Shown here in pieces: positions 9,796 to 19,682 of a stretch of 64,000 bases of DNA. Position numbers and translations under genes: made by a program. Each line of letters opens with the position of its first letter. Position 1 is the stretch's first letter. The notes below the pieces were generated by a model. The model did no database searches. It was not told the DNA's origin and saw only the letters and a program-made list of their open reading frames with translations. This DNA is from Bacteroides sp. (GTDB lineage: Bacteria > Bacteroidota > Bacteroidia > Bacteroidales > Bacteroidaceae): assembly GCA_031555765.1 (NCBI GenBank), contig JAVBUC010000063.1, forward strand, positions 300-64,299, given 5' to 3'.

Positions 9796-10386
9796 ATGAC
9801 CATATCAAAGACAAAAGCAAAATTGGTAGATGTGGCCCGTCAGCTATTTGCAAAGATGGGAGTGGAGAATACCACGATGAACGATATCGCTCTTGCTTCG
9901 AAAAAAGGTAGGCGTACGCTCTATACGTATTTTAAAAGCAAAGAAGAGATTTACCTGGCTGTTGTAGAATCGGAACTGGAAATTCTGTCGGATATGATGA
10001 AGCGTGTAGCTGAAAAGAATATATCGCCCGACCAGAAAATACTGGAGATGATTTACACACGGCTCGATGCCATCAAGGAAGTCGTTTATCGGAATGGTAC
10101 GCTCCGTGCTGTGTTCTTCCGTGACATTTGGCGGGTGGAGAAAGTCCGCAAGAAGTTCGACTCGAAGGAGATCATGCTTTTCAGAGGAGTGTTGCAGGAA
10201 GGAAAAGATAAAGGTGTGTTCCAGATCGACGACGTGGAAATGACGGCGAAGCTGGTGCATTACTGTGTCAAAGGAATCGAAGTTCCTTACATACGGGGGC
10301 AGGTGGGTGCCAACCTCGACATGGAAACCCGCAAACGATATGTGGCCAACATTGTGTTCGGCGCATTGAAGAGAACTAACATTTAA
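9796..10386 (+). CDS. TetR/AcrR family regulator
   Basis: ARQLF...TTMNDIA....GRRTLYTYFKSKEEI HTH. Confidence 0.95.
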   Translation: MTISKTKAKLVDVARQLFAKMGVENTTMNDIALASKKGRRTLYTYFKSKEEIYLAVVESELEILSDMMKRVAEKNISPDQKILEMIYTRLDAIKEVVYRNGTLRAVFFRDIWRVEKVRKKFDSKEIMLFRGVLQEGKDKGVFQIDDVEMTAKLVHYCVKGIEVPYIRGQVGANLDMETRKRYVANIVFGALKRTNI

Positions 10387-10404
10387 TTTAATTATATTTA
10401 GAAC

Positions 10405-11151
10405 ATGGGATTATTAGATGGAAAAACAGCCATTGTAACCGGTGCTGCACGCGGTATCGGTAAGGCTATCGCTTTAAAGTTTGCCTCGGAAGGAGCTAAC
10501 ATCGCATTTACCGACCTGGTGATCGACGAAAATGCTGAAAATACAGCCAAAGAAATAGAAGCCCTCGGCGTGAAAGCCAAAGGATATGCATCGAATGCAG
10601 CTAATTTCGAAGATACTGAAAAGGTAGTGGCTGAGATTCATAAAGATTTCGGACGCATCGATGTGCTGGTAAACAATGCCGGTATCACCCGCGACGGACT
10701 GATGATGCGTATGAGCGAGCAACAATGGGATATGGTGATCAATGTGAACCTGAAATCAGCGTTCAACTTTATACATGCCTGCACGCCCATCATGATGCGC
10801 CAGAAAGCAGGTAGCATCATCAATATGGCTTCTGTAGTAGGTGTTCATGGCAACGCCGGACAGGCCAACTACTCGGCTTCGAAGGCCGGTATGATCGGTC
10901 TGGCCAAGTCTATCGCTCAGGAACTGGGTTCACGCGGTGTACGTGCCAACGCCATCGCTCCGGGCTTCATCATCACTGACATGACAGCTGCTTTGTCGGA
11001 AGAAGTGCGGACCGAGTGGGCTAAGAAGATTCCGTTGCGTCGTGGCGGTACGCCCGAAGATGTAGCCGATGTGGCTGTATTCCTTGCTTCGGACATGTCT
11101 GCCTACGTATCCGGACAAGTGATCCAGGTAGATGGTGGTATGAATATGTAA
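10405..11151 (+). CDS. fabG: 3-oxoacyl-ACP reductase
   Basis: TGAARGIG, NNAGITRD, GNAGQANYSASK. Confidence 0.95.
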   Translation: MGLLDGKTAIVTGAARGIGKAIALKFASEGANIAFTDLVIDENAENTAKEIEALGVKAKGYASNAANFEDTEKVVAEIHKDFGRIDVLVNNAGITRDGLMMRMSEQQWDMVINVNLKSAFNFIHACTPIMMRQKAGSIINMASVVGVHGNAGQANYSASKAGMIGLAKSIAQELGSRGVRANAIAPGFIITDMTAALSEEVRTEWAKKIPLRRGGTPEDVADVAVFLASDMSAYVSGQVIQVDGGMNM

Positions 11152-11160
11152 TCAGCGCGG

Positions 11161-11832
11161 ATGACCGTAGTTTACGAAGACAACCACGTTATTATAGTCA
11201 ACAAGACCTGCTCCGAGATAGTCCAGGCCGACAAGACGGGCGATGTACCCCTTTCCGAAATGGTGAAACAATACCTCAAGGAGAAGTACAACAAGCCCGG
11301 CAATGTCTTTATCGGTGTTGTGCACCGCCTGGACCGCCCCGTGAGCGGGCTTGTTCTTTTCGCCCGTACCAGCAAGGCTCTTCCCCGGCTGAACGAAATG
11401 TTTCGCAACGGAGAGGTGAAGAAAACCTACTGGGCCATTGTGAAAGAGGCTCCGCAGGAGTCGGAGGGTGAACTGGTACATTACCTGGTGCGCAACGAGA
11501 GGCAGAACAAGAGCTATGCGTACGACCGGGAAGTACCCAACAGCAAAAAAGCCATCCTGCATTACCGCGTAATAGGCCGTTCGGACAACTACTATCTGCT
11601 TGAAGTTGACCTCAAGACCGGACGTCACCATCAGATACGTTGCCAGTTGGCCAAAATGGGTTGCCCCATCAAAGGCGATTTGAAGTACGGTTTCCCACGC
11701 TCCAATCCCGATGGCAGCATCTGCCTGCATGCCCACCACATCGAGTTCATACATCCTGTATCGAAAAATCTGATTGTGCAAGAGGCTCCGGTTCCGGAGG
11801 GTAACCTGTGGAACGGCTTCGAAAAGTTATAA
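11161..11832 (+). CDS. RluA family pseudouridine synthase
   Basis: HRLDRPVSG, TGRHHQIR, GDLKYG, LHA motifs. Confidence 0.95.
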   Translation: MTVVYEDNHVIIVNKTCSEIVQADKTGDVPLSEMVKQYLKEKYNKPGNVFIGVVHRLDRPVSGLVLFARTSKALPRLNEMFRNGEVKKTYWAIVKEAPQESEGELVHYLVRNERQNKSYAYDREVPNSKKAILHYRVIGRSDNYYLLEVDLKTGRHHQIRCQLAKMGCPIKGDLKYGFPRSNPDGSICLHAHHIEFIHPVSKNLIVQEAPVPEGNLWNGFEKL

Positions 11833-11836
11833 AATA

Positions 11837-11876
11837 AAAAACCATCCCTTGAATAGACAAGTGGGATGGTTTTTTA
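11837..11876. terminator. Bidirectional intrinsic terminator
   Basis: AAAAACCATCCC...GGGATGGTTTTTT. Confidence 0.85.
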
Positions 11877-12215
11877 TTTTAAGCACCTTCCATAACCACA
11901 GGCTTCTTTGCGGGAAACCATGTGCTACGGAAGTGCATGAACTCAAAGTCTTGGCTTAGGCCTAGAGATTTAGTCTCCTCATCTGCGGTACTTGAGGGTC
12001 TCTTCCTATGTGGCAGGCCTTCAGTTGTATTTTCTTATTATTGGGTAATGGATTCTATAAACTGAAGATACCCCCACATGCAAACATGAACAATACTACT
12101 ACTACTACTTTTTATTCTCAATTCATCGTTTTTTTCTTATCCTTTCAGAGTTCAGTTAGTGTTAAATGCGTAAAATCATATATAAAGCACTTTGAGTGCT
12201 TGCTTTATATATAAT

Positions 12216-12230
12216 CCAAATGGCGTGCCA
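12216..12230 (-). promoter_or_regulatory. Sigma54 (-24/-12) promoter TGGCACG-CCAT-TTGG
   Basis: Perfect -24 box TGGCACG, 4-nt spacer, TTG; adjacent to a sigma54 activator gene. Confidence 0.75.
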
Positions 12231-12285
12231 AACATGGACCATTCCCTAAAAATGTGATAATGAGGGCTTTTTGGGCGTGAGGAGA

Positions 12286-12345
12286 TTGTGGAAAGTGTGG
12301 AAATATGTAGAGGAACGTGGAGAAAAGTGTGGAGATTTTCCACAC
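12286..12345. promoter_or_regulatory. Candidate upstream activator sequence: GTGGA repeats and palindrome GTGTGGA-gattt-TCCACAC
   Basis: Several GTGGA(A/G)A copies 60-115 bp upstream of the sigma54 box; perfect 7-bp inverted repeat at 12327-12345. Confidence 0.6.
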
Positions 12346-12350
12346 AAATG

Positions 12351-13697
12351 CTACAGTTCTATCTCGTATAGCTTCAGTTTATTGTACAGCGTTTTGCGGT
12401 CAATATTCAGTAGCTGGGCGGCTTTGCTTTTGTTGTTGCCGGTCTGTCGCAATACTTCCAGGATTTGTTCTTTCTCGGCTTTCTCATTCCGGAGAGCCAG
12501 GTTGCCGCTTGCCGGGGCCGACGGTTGATTGAGCTCATCGCCCAGTTCGAAGGTGGTGATGAAGTTGCCCTGGGCCAGTAAGGTGGCCCGTTTGATGATG
12601 TTCTTCATCTGCCGCAGATTGCCCGGCCAATGGTAGTCCAGTAATGCCTGGCAAGCCTCGGGCTCGAAGCCCGTCAATTGTTTGCCGAGTTCCTTGTTGG
12701 CCTGGTCCAGGAAGAAGTTGGCGAAGAGCAGGATGTCCTCCCGGCGATCTTTCAGGCAAGGTATGCGGAGGGTGAATTCATTGATGCGGTGGTACAAGTC
12801 CTCACGGAACGTTCCTTTTTCGATGGCCAGTTCCAGGTTCTCGTTGGTAGCCGTGAGCAGACGGATGTCGACCGCTATTTCCTTGTTGGAGCCTACCGGA
12901 CGCACCTTTCGTTCCTGCAGGGTGCGGAGAAGTTGTATCTGTACTTCGTAGCTCAGATTCCCTATTTCGTCCAGGAAGATCGTTCCTCCATTGGCTGCCA
13001 CGAAAGCTCCCGTCGTGTCGTTCAGTGCCCCGGTGAAAGAACCTTTGACATGTCCGAAGAACTCGGATGCAGCCAGTTCCTTGGGCATAGCTCCGCAGTC
13101 GATGGCGATGAACGGCTGGTTGTGACGTTTGCTCAACTGGTGGATGCGATGAGCCACGAACTCTTTCCCCGTGCCGCTGGCACCATTGATCAGCACCGAC
13201 ATGTTGGTAGGAGCCACCAGTTCGATGTATTTGAAGAGTTGGCGGGCCACGTCGCTATTCCCTTCCAGGAAAGGCGATTGCGAGGGAGTAGAAGCTTTCG
13301 TACTTGCTGCAGCGGGTGCGGCGGGTCGGGCCGTTTCCTCATCCGAGAAAGCAGCCGACATCTTTTTCAGAAGTTCGTCGGGGTTGACGGGTTTGGCCAC
13401 GTAGTCGATGGCACCGAGCTTGATGGCCTGTACAGCCGTCTGTATGTCAGCATAGCCTGTCATAATAATCAGAGGGGTGGTCAGCCTTTTTTCATTCATC
13501 CATTTCAGCAGGAAGATTCCATCATTGTCGGGCAGACGTAAATCAGACAAAATCAAGTCGACAGGACTCGATTCCAGTTGCTTCACGGCACGGGCAATAG
13601 TGCTTGCGGACAACACGTCAAACCCCTTCTTACTTAGCCAGGTTTTCAGCATCATTCCAAAAGTAATATCGTCTTCGATGATAAGTATGGATTTCAT
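12351..13697 (-). CDS. Sigma54-dependent response regulator (NtrC/ZraR/RteB-like)
   Basis: REC domain (IIEDD, SDLRLP), GASGTGKE, GSFTGA loop, FLDEIG, FREDLY, WPGNLR, Fis HTH. Confidence 0.95.
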   Translation of the reverse strand: MKSILIIEDDITFGMMLKTWLSKKGFDVLSASTIARAVKQLESSPVDLILSDLRLPDNDGIFLLKWMNEKRLTTPLIIMTGYADIQTAVQAIKLGAIDYVAKPVNPDELLKKMSAAFSDEETARPAAPAAASTKASTPSQSPFLEGNSDVARQLFKYIELVAPTNMSVLINGASGTGKEFVAHRIHQLSKRHNQPFIAIDCGAMPKELAASEFFGHVKGSFTGALNDTTGAFVAANGGTIFLDEIGNLSYEVQIQLLRTLQERKVRPVGSNKEIAVDIRLLTATNENLELAIEKGTFREDLYHRINEFTLRIPCLKDRREDILLFANFFLDQANKELGKQLTGFEPEACQALLDYHWPGNLRQMKNIIKRATLLAQGNFITTFELGDELNQPSAPASGNLALRNEKAEKEQILEVLRQTGNNKSKAAQLLNIDRKTLYNKLKLYEIEL

Positions 13698-13725
13698 GTT
13701 GCTTGGTTTTCCTCTTTTTATATGA

Positions 13726-13762
13726 CAAAGGTAACAGGTTTTACTTGAAAATAGTATATTTG
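13726..13762. promoter_or_regulatory. Divergent -7 promoter pair (TACCTTTG on minus, TATATTTG on plus)
   Basis: Two TAnnTTTG motifs between divergent genes. Confidence 0.65.
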
Positions 13763-13780
13763 CGTACTTAAATTAAATAA

Positions 13781-14629
13781 ATGCTAATGAAAAAGCTGTA
13801 TTTGATACTATTAACAGGGCTTGTGTGTGTAGGAATAGCCTGCAAACCGGGACAAAAAAACAATGTAAACATGGGACAAGAAGGAACATTAGTTAAGATT
13901 GAAACCACTATGGGCGACATCCAGGTGAAGCTGTATGATGAAACGCCTTTACACCGTGATAACTTCGTGAAGCTGGTGAAACAAGGTACTTACGAAGGTA
14001 CACTCTTCCACCGGGTCATCAAGGACTTTATGATTCAGGCCGGCGATCCGGACTCGAAGGATGCTCCCAAGGGCAAGGCACTGGGTGCCGGCGATGTAGG
14101 TTACACCATACCGGCCGAGTTTGTTTATCCGAAGTATTTCCATAAGAAAGGTGCCCTCTCGGCAGCACGCCAGGGCGATGAGACCAACCCGAAGAAGGCT
14201 TCGTCCGGTTGCCAGTTCTACATCGTTACCGGTAAGGTGTTCAATGATTCCACCTTATTAAATATGGAGCAACAGAAAAATCAGGGTAAGTTGAATGTCA
14301 TCTTCAACACGCTGGCTCAGAAGCACATGAAAGAGATCTACAAGATGCGTAAGGACAACGACGAAGAGGGACTCTATACGCTGCAGGATTCTTTGTTGGC
14401 ACAGGCCGAAGCCGAGGCTGCCAAGCAACCCGACTTTCATTTCACGCCCGAACAGATTACAGCGTACAGCACCGTGGGGGGCACCCCGCATCTGGATGGT
14501 GAGTACACCGTATTCGGCGAAGTGCTGGAAGGCATGGACGTAGTGGACAAGATCCAGAAGGTAGCCACCAACCGCAGCGACCGCCCGGAAGAGGATGTAC
14601 GTATCGTCCGGATGACTATCTTGGAGTAA
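13781..14629 (+). CDS. Cyclophilin-type peptidyl-prolyl isomerase (lipoprotein)
   Basis: FHRVIKDFMIQAGDP, SGCQFYIV, PHLDGEYTVFGEV. Confidence 0.95.
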   Translation: MLMKKLYLILLTGLVCVGIACKPGQKNNVNMGQEGTLVKIETTMGDIQVKLYDETPLHRDNFVKLVKQGTYEGTLFHRVIKDFMIQAGDPDSKDAPKGKALGAGDVGYTIPAEFVYPKYFHKKGALSAARQGDETNPKKASSGCQFYIVTGKVFNDSTLLNMEQQKNQGKLNVIFNTLAQKHMKEIYKMRKDNDEEGLYTLQDSLLAQAEAEAAKQPDFHFTPEQITAYSTVGGTPHLDGEYTVFGEVLEGMDVVDKIQKVATNRSDRPEEDVRIVRMTILE

Positions 14630-14635
14630 ACGCGT

Positions 14636-15868
14636 ATGCAAATCAATAAATTCGTCCTTGACAACGGACTGCGGCTGATTCATTCGCAGGATGAGAGCAC
14701 CCAAATGGTGGCACTCAACATCCTGTACGATGTCGGTGCACGCGATGAGCACCCCGATCATACGGGCTTTGCCCATCTGTTCGAGCACCTGATGTTCGGC
14801 GGCTCCGTGCACATCCCCGATTACGATGCGCCGCTGCAGTTGGCCGGCGGGGAGAACAATGCCTGGACGAATAACGACATCACCAACTATTACCTCACCG
14901 TGCCGCGCCCCAATGTGGAGACCGCCTTCTGGCTGGAGTCCGACCGGATGCTGAGCCTCGACTTCAGCGAACGGTCGCTCGACGTGCAGCGTGGGGTGGT
15001 GATGGAAGAGTTCAAGCAACGCTGCCTCAACCAGCCGTATGGCGACATCGGGCACTTGCTCCGTCCGCTGGCATACGAGGTGCATCCGTACCGTTGGCCC
15101 ACCATCGGCAAGGAGCTGTCGCACATCTCGCAAGCCACGCTGGACGAGGTCAAGGCGTTCTTCTTCCGATTCTATGCACCGAACAATGCCATCCTGTCCG
15201 TCACGGGCAACATCACCTGGGAAGAAACATTGAGGCTGACGCAGAAGTGGTTCGGCCCCATCCCCCGGCGGGAAGTCCCCCTCCGCAACCTGCCCCAGGA
15301 ACCGGTACAGACGGCCGAACGGCGGTTGGAAGTAGAACGGAACGTGCCCATCGATGCGCTCTACATGGCTTTCCACATGAGCCCGCGCCGGCATCCCGAC
15401 TACTACGCTTACGATATCCTGTCCGATGTGCTCAGCAACGGGCGTTCCTGCCGGCTCAACCGGCGGTTGGTGCAGGAGCGGAAAGTCTTTGCCAGCATCG
15501 ACGCCTCCATTTCGGGCAGTATCGATGCCGGGTTGTTCCACGTGTCGGGCAAGCCGGCCACGGGAGTGACGCTGGATCAGGCCGAGGCTGCCGTGCGCGA
15601 AGAGTTGCAACGTCTGCAGGAGGAACCGGTGGGCGAGCAGGAGTTGGACAAAGTGAAGAATAAATTCGAGTCGACCCAGATTTTCGGAAACATCAATTAT
15701 CTCAACGTAGCCACCAACTTGGCCTGGTTCGAACTGATAGACCGGGCCGAAGCGTTGGAACTGGAAGTAGAACGCTACCGTTCGGTGACGGCTTCGCACC
15801 TCACCGAGGTGGCGCAGCGTCTGTTCCAGCCCGCGAATGGAGTGGTGTTGCACTATAAAGCTGTATAA
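14636..15868 (+). CDS. M16 (pitrilysin-like) zinc peptidase
   Basis: GFAHLFEHLMF inverted zincin HxxEH motif. Confidence 0.95.
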   Translation: MQINKFVLDNGLRLIHSQDESTQMVALNILYDVGARDEHPDHTGFAHLFEHLMFGGSVHIPDYDAPLQLAGGENNAWTNNDITNYYLTVPRPNVETAFWLESDRMLSLDFSERSLDVQRGVVMEEFKQRCLNQPYGDIGHLLRPLAYEVHPYRWPTIGKELSHISQATLDEVKAFFFRFYAPNNAILSVTGNITWEETLRLTQKWFGPIPRREVPLRNLPQEPVQTAERRLEVERNVPIDALYMAFHMSPRRHPDYYAYDILSDVLSNGRSCRLNRRLVQERKVFASIDASISGSIDAGLFHVSGKPATGVTLDQAEAAVREELQRLQEEPVGEQELDKVKNKFESTQIFGNINYLNVATNLAWFELIDRAEALELEVERYRSVTASHLTEVAQRLFQPANGVVLHYKAV

Positions 15869-17203
15869 ATGAAGAAGTTGTTGGCCACGTATAAAGAACA
15901 CTACAAAGCCCTGTTCCACCTGGGGCTTCCCATCGTTATCGGGCAATTGGGGATTATCATCCTTGGATTTGCCGATACCATGATGGTGGGGCATCACAGT
16001 ACCCTGGAACTGGGTGCGGCCTCGTTCGTCAACAACCTGTTCGCGCTGCTGATTATCTTCAGTACCGGTTTCTCGTATGGGCTCACTCCTGTGGTAGGAG
16101 GGCTGTTCGGCAACCGGCAGTTGCCTGAGGCCGGGCAAGCCTTGCGCAACAGCTTGCTGGCCAACGGGCTGGTGGCCCTCTTGCTGACGGTGCTCATGAC
16201 GATGCTCTACTTCAACCTGGAGCATCTGGGACAGCCCGAAGAGTTGATTCCCCTGATTAAACCCTATTATCTCACCCAGTTGGCGTCGCTCCTGTTCGTG
16301 CTGCTGTTCAATGGCTTCAAGCAATTCACCGACGGCATTACCGACACGAAGACGGCCATGTGGATACTCCTGTTCGGGAACTTGCTCAATATCTTTGGCA
16401 ACTACCTGCTTATCTATGGTAAGCTCGGCCTTCCTGAATGGGGATTGCTCGGCGCAGGTTTCAGTACACTGTTTTCCCGGATCGTGATGGTGGTGGTCTT
16501 TGCTGCCGTCTTTTTCCGGAGCAACCGCTTTGAACGATACCGTACCGGGTTCTTCCGGTTGGGCTGGTCGCGCACCATGTTCCGCCGTCTCAACGCATTG
16601 GGCTGGCCCATTGCCTTGCAAATGGGCATGGAAGCCGCTTCCTTCAGTCTTAGTGCCGTGATGATGGGGTGGATAGGTACCATTGCCCTGGCTTCCCACC
16701 AGATTATGACCACCATTTCGCAAGTCACCTTCATGGTCTTCTACGGCATGGGGGCCGCTGTGGCCGTGCGTGTGAGCAACTTCAAAGGACGGGGCGACAT
16801 CGTCAATGTCCGCCGTTCGGCCTACGCCGGTTTCCACCTCATTATGCTGACGGCTGCGATACTCTCCACCATTGTCTTTCTGTTCCGCAACCATGTGGGC
16901 GGATGGTTCACCGATAGTGAAGAAGTATCTGCTCTGACGGCCCAACTTATTATCCTGATGCTTATTTACCAGTTTGGCGACGGTTTGCAGATCAACTTCG
17001 CCAATGCTCTTCGCGGTATCTCGGACGTAAAGCCGATGATGCTGATCGCTTTTATTGCATACTTTCTCATTTCCCTGCCCGTGGGCTATTTTTGCGGATT
17101 CACACTGGGCTGGGGGGCTATGGGAGTATGGATGGCTTTTCCCTTCGGATTAACAAGTGCCGGACTCATGTTGTGGTTCCGGTTTAGAAACCAAACTAAA
17201 TGA
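15869..17203 (+). CDS. MATE family efflux transporter
   Basis: FADTMMVG, about 12 TM helices, ALRG motif. Confidence 0.93.
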   Translation: MKKLLATYKEHYKALFHLGLPIVIGQLGIIILGFADTMMVGHHSTLELGAASFVNNLFALLIIFSTGFSYGLTPVVGGLFGNRQLPEAGQALRNSLLANGLVALLLTVLMTMLYFNLEHLGQPEELIPLIKPYYLTQLASLLFVLLFNGFKQFTDGITDTKTAMWILLFGNLLNIFGNYLLIYGKLGLPEWGLLGAGFSTLFSRIVMVVVFAAVFFRSNRFERYRTGFFRLGWSRTMFRRLNALGWPIALQMGMEAASFSLSAVMMGWIGTIALASHQIMTTISQVTFMVFYGMGAAVAVRVSNFKGRGDIVNVRRSAYAGFHLIMLTAAILSTIVFLFRNHVGGWFTDSEEVSALTAQLIILMLIYQFGDGLQINFANALRGISDVKPMMLIAFIAYFLISLPVGYFCGFTLGWGAMGVWMAFPFGLTSAGLMLWFRFRNQTK

Positions 17204-19443
17204 AACCATCTCGATTCACTAAAGTAAAGATCGCCCTTGGCTACCTCCTGCTTTTGTTGGCGGTGTTGTTCTCCCTGATGTTCATTCGTCGGGAGCTGAA
17301 AAAACTGTCGGACTCAAACGATATGCAATCCTTGCAGACCGATAGCATCTATTACTGGTTGAACCAAAAAGACCAGAATGCGCTCGATATGTTTCAAAAG
17401 CTGACGCAAGCCAATGACAGTATGTTGATAGTCAGCGAAAGGAACGAGATGATTGCTGCCCAGAACATACCCGTGCCCAAGAGCAGCGTGGTGCAGGAAC
17501 GGGTGGTGACCCGGAGCGACTCCATTATTACCACTCCCCAGAAGAAAGGATTCTTCCGGCGGTTGGGCGAAGTGTTCGTTCCTTCCAAGGCCGACTCGGC
17601 TGTGGTGGTCAATAAGTCCACTCAGGTGGCACGGGATACTACGCTGCTGAAAAATGCAGAAGTAAAACCGGTCATCCAGGTAACCGAAGTTGCCACCCCG
17701 GTAAGCTATAAAGGAAAAAAGCTCCAATGGGATAACGAATATTTCCGTGAACTGAATGCCGAGCTCGTCGCGCGCATCGACACCATGCTTCAGGGCTATG
17801 AAAACGAAGCATTGGAGCGTATTCACGAAAACACCCTGGCGGGAATAGAGATACGCCAACGCTCTACCGAGACTATCGGGCGGGTTTCCATGATAGCCAT
17901 CGTACTTTCGGCCATCTTCCTGACACTCATTTGGCGAGACATCACCCGGAGCAACCGCTACCGCCGGCAGTTGGAAAAGGCCAACCTGCGCAACGAGGAG
18001 TTGTTGGTAGCCCGTGAGAAGATGATGCTGGCCATCACGCACGACTTTAAAGCACCCCTCGGCTCCATCATGGGCTACTCCGAACTGCTGTCCGGGCTGG
18101 TCACCGATGAACGGCAACGCTTCTACCTGGGGAACATGAAGATTTCCTCCGAGCACCTGCTCAAGCTGGTGGGCGACCTACTCGAATTCCATCGCCTCGA
18201 CCTGAACAAGGCGGAGGTGAATTCTATTTCCTTCTATCCGTTGCAACTGTTTGAAGAAATACGCGTTTGCTTCGAACCATTAGCCGGGCGGAAAGGCCTG
18301 AAGCTGTGCTATCGCCTGGATTCCGAACTTACCGGTTGCTATGTCGGCGACCCGCTCCGCATCCGGCAGATTACCGACAACTTGCTTTCCAATGCCATCA
18401 AGTTTACTTCGGAGGGCGAAGTCACCCTCGATGTTCGTTACGAAGAGTCCATGCTCCGCATCGGAGTGGGCGATACCGGAAAGGGAATGGAACCTGCCGA
18501 TCAGGAACGTATCTTCCAGGAGTTCACCCGCTTGTCGGGAGCTCAGGGCGAAGAAGGTTTCGGGCTGGGACTCTCCATTGTCAAGAAGCTGGTGCAGTTA
18601 TTGTCCGGCCGGGTCGAAGTAGAAAGTACCCCGGGTGTGGGCAGTCGCTTCACCGTCGTCCTGCCGCTATCGCCGGTAGAAGCCGCCGAGGCGCAGCCGG
18701 GAGAAGTTGTTGAGGCAGCAAGCGTCCAACCTTTAGTTACAGGTATCCGCATCCTGCTCATCGATGACGACAAGATACAACTTCAACTTACCTCGGCCAT
18801 GCTGCAACGGCAAGGCATTGAGGCGGTTTGTTGCGAGCAGCCCGAAGAACTCTTCGACCACCTGCGTACAGAGACGTTCGACTTCCTCTTTACCGATGTA
18901 CAAATGCCTGCCATGAACGGGTTCGATCTCTTGAACCTGCTTCGTGCTTCCAACATTCCGCTCGCCCAAACCATTCCGGTGATTGCTGTTACCGCCCGTA
19001 GCGAAACCGACGACATGGAGTTCGTCCGTCATGGCTTTGCCGGTTGTCTGCGTAAGCCGTTCTCCATAAAAGAGCTGCTGGCTGTTATCAGCAACCAGGC
19101 GAAGGGGCTCGACTTCTCTGCCCTGCTCACTTTCTCCGAGGGCGATGCCGATGCTTCGCGTGCCATCATGTCGTCGTTCATCGGCGAAACCGGTAAGAAC
19201 ATCGCGCGGATGGAAGAAGCCGATGCCCAATCCGATACCGGCGGCGTGGCTGCTATGGCGCATAAGTTGCTCCCGCTGCTTACCATGATTGGTGCCACCC
19301 GTACCATTTCTACGCTGCGGTGGCTGGAGATGCAGCGCGGCAAGGAGTACTCCGACGAACTGAAGAGCCGCACGGGCGAGACACTGACTATCCTGAAACG
19401 AGTAGTTGAAGAAGCGGAGGCATACGCTGCGAAACTGTCATAA
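17200..19443 (+). CDS. Hybrid sensor histidine kinase (HisKA-HATPase-REC-Hpt; RteA-like)
   Basis: ITHDFKAPL H-box, NLLSNAIKFT, DTGKGM, GFGLGL, REC TDVQMP, C-terminal AHKL Hpt-like motif. Confidence 0.93.
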   Translation: MKPSRFTKVKIALGYLLLLLAVLFSLMFIRRELKKLSDSNDMQSLQTDSIYYWLNQKDQNALDMFQKLTQANDSMLIVSERNEMIAAQNIPVPKSSVVQERVVTRSDSIITTPQKKGFFRRLGEVFVPSKADSAVVVNKSTQVARDTTLLKNAEVKPVIQVTEVATPVSYKGKKLQWDNEYFRELNAELVARIDTMLQGYENEALERIHENTLAGIEIRQRSTETIGRVSMIAIVLSAIFLTLIWRDITRSNRYRRQLEKANLRNEELLVAREKMMLAITHDFKAPLGSIMGYSELLSGLVTDERQRFYLGNMKISSEHLLKLVGDLLEFHRLDLNKAEVNSISFYPLQLFEEIRVCFEPLAGRKGLKLCYRLDSELTGCYVGDPLRIRQITDNLLSNAIKFTSEGEVTLDVRYEESMLRIGVGDTGKGMEPADQERIFQEFTRLSGAQGEEGFGLGLSIVKKLVQLLSGRVEVESTPGVGSRFTVVLPLSPVEAAEAQPGEVVEAASVQPLVTGIRILLIDDDKIQLQLTSAMLQRQGIEAVCCEQPEELFDHLRTETFDFLFTDVQMPAMNGFDLLNLLRASNIPLAQTIPVIAVTARSETDDMEFVRHGFAGCLRKPFSIKELLAVISNQAKGLDFSALLTFSEGDADASRAIMSSFIGETGKNIARMEEADAQSDTGGVAAMAHKLLPLLTMIGATRTISTLRWLEMQRGKEYSDELKSRTGETLTILKRVVEEAEAYAAKLS

Positions 19444-19466
19444 CGAATACATTCTTACCAAAAATT

Positions 19467-19516
19467 GAGGTCAACAGTCCTACGCTATTGCTTGGAGGCT
19501 GTTGACCTCTCTCTTT
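19467..19516 (+). terminator. Stem-loop/terminator
   Basis: GAGGTCAACAG...CTGTTGACCTC followed by a pyrimidine tract. Confidence 0.65.
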
Positions 19517-19682
19517 CTTGTACCTATTATCACACCGTCTAGTGATTGCTCCCACACCGAGATAATTTGTTTTCTCCCTTTGTTATCCGTTTCTCCTTTT
19601 TCCATAGTCATTTTTGGTACAGACGAATCTTTTTTCGATTATAATTGTTTACTTTGTATCAAAATATCGTAGCAGCATCCTC

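Noticed and set aside
12185-12201. AAGCACT...AGTGCTT as a CIRCE element
   Set aside because: The spacer is far shorter than the 9 nt of CIRCE and no chaperone gene follows.
14258-16945. 895-aa minus-strand ORF, and similar long antisense ORFs (23535-25082, 25128-26468, 37828-39411, 59983-61260)
   Set aside because: They shadow well-supported genes on the opposite strand, show no recognisable motifs, and are expected from GC3-rich codon bias.
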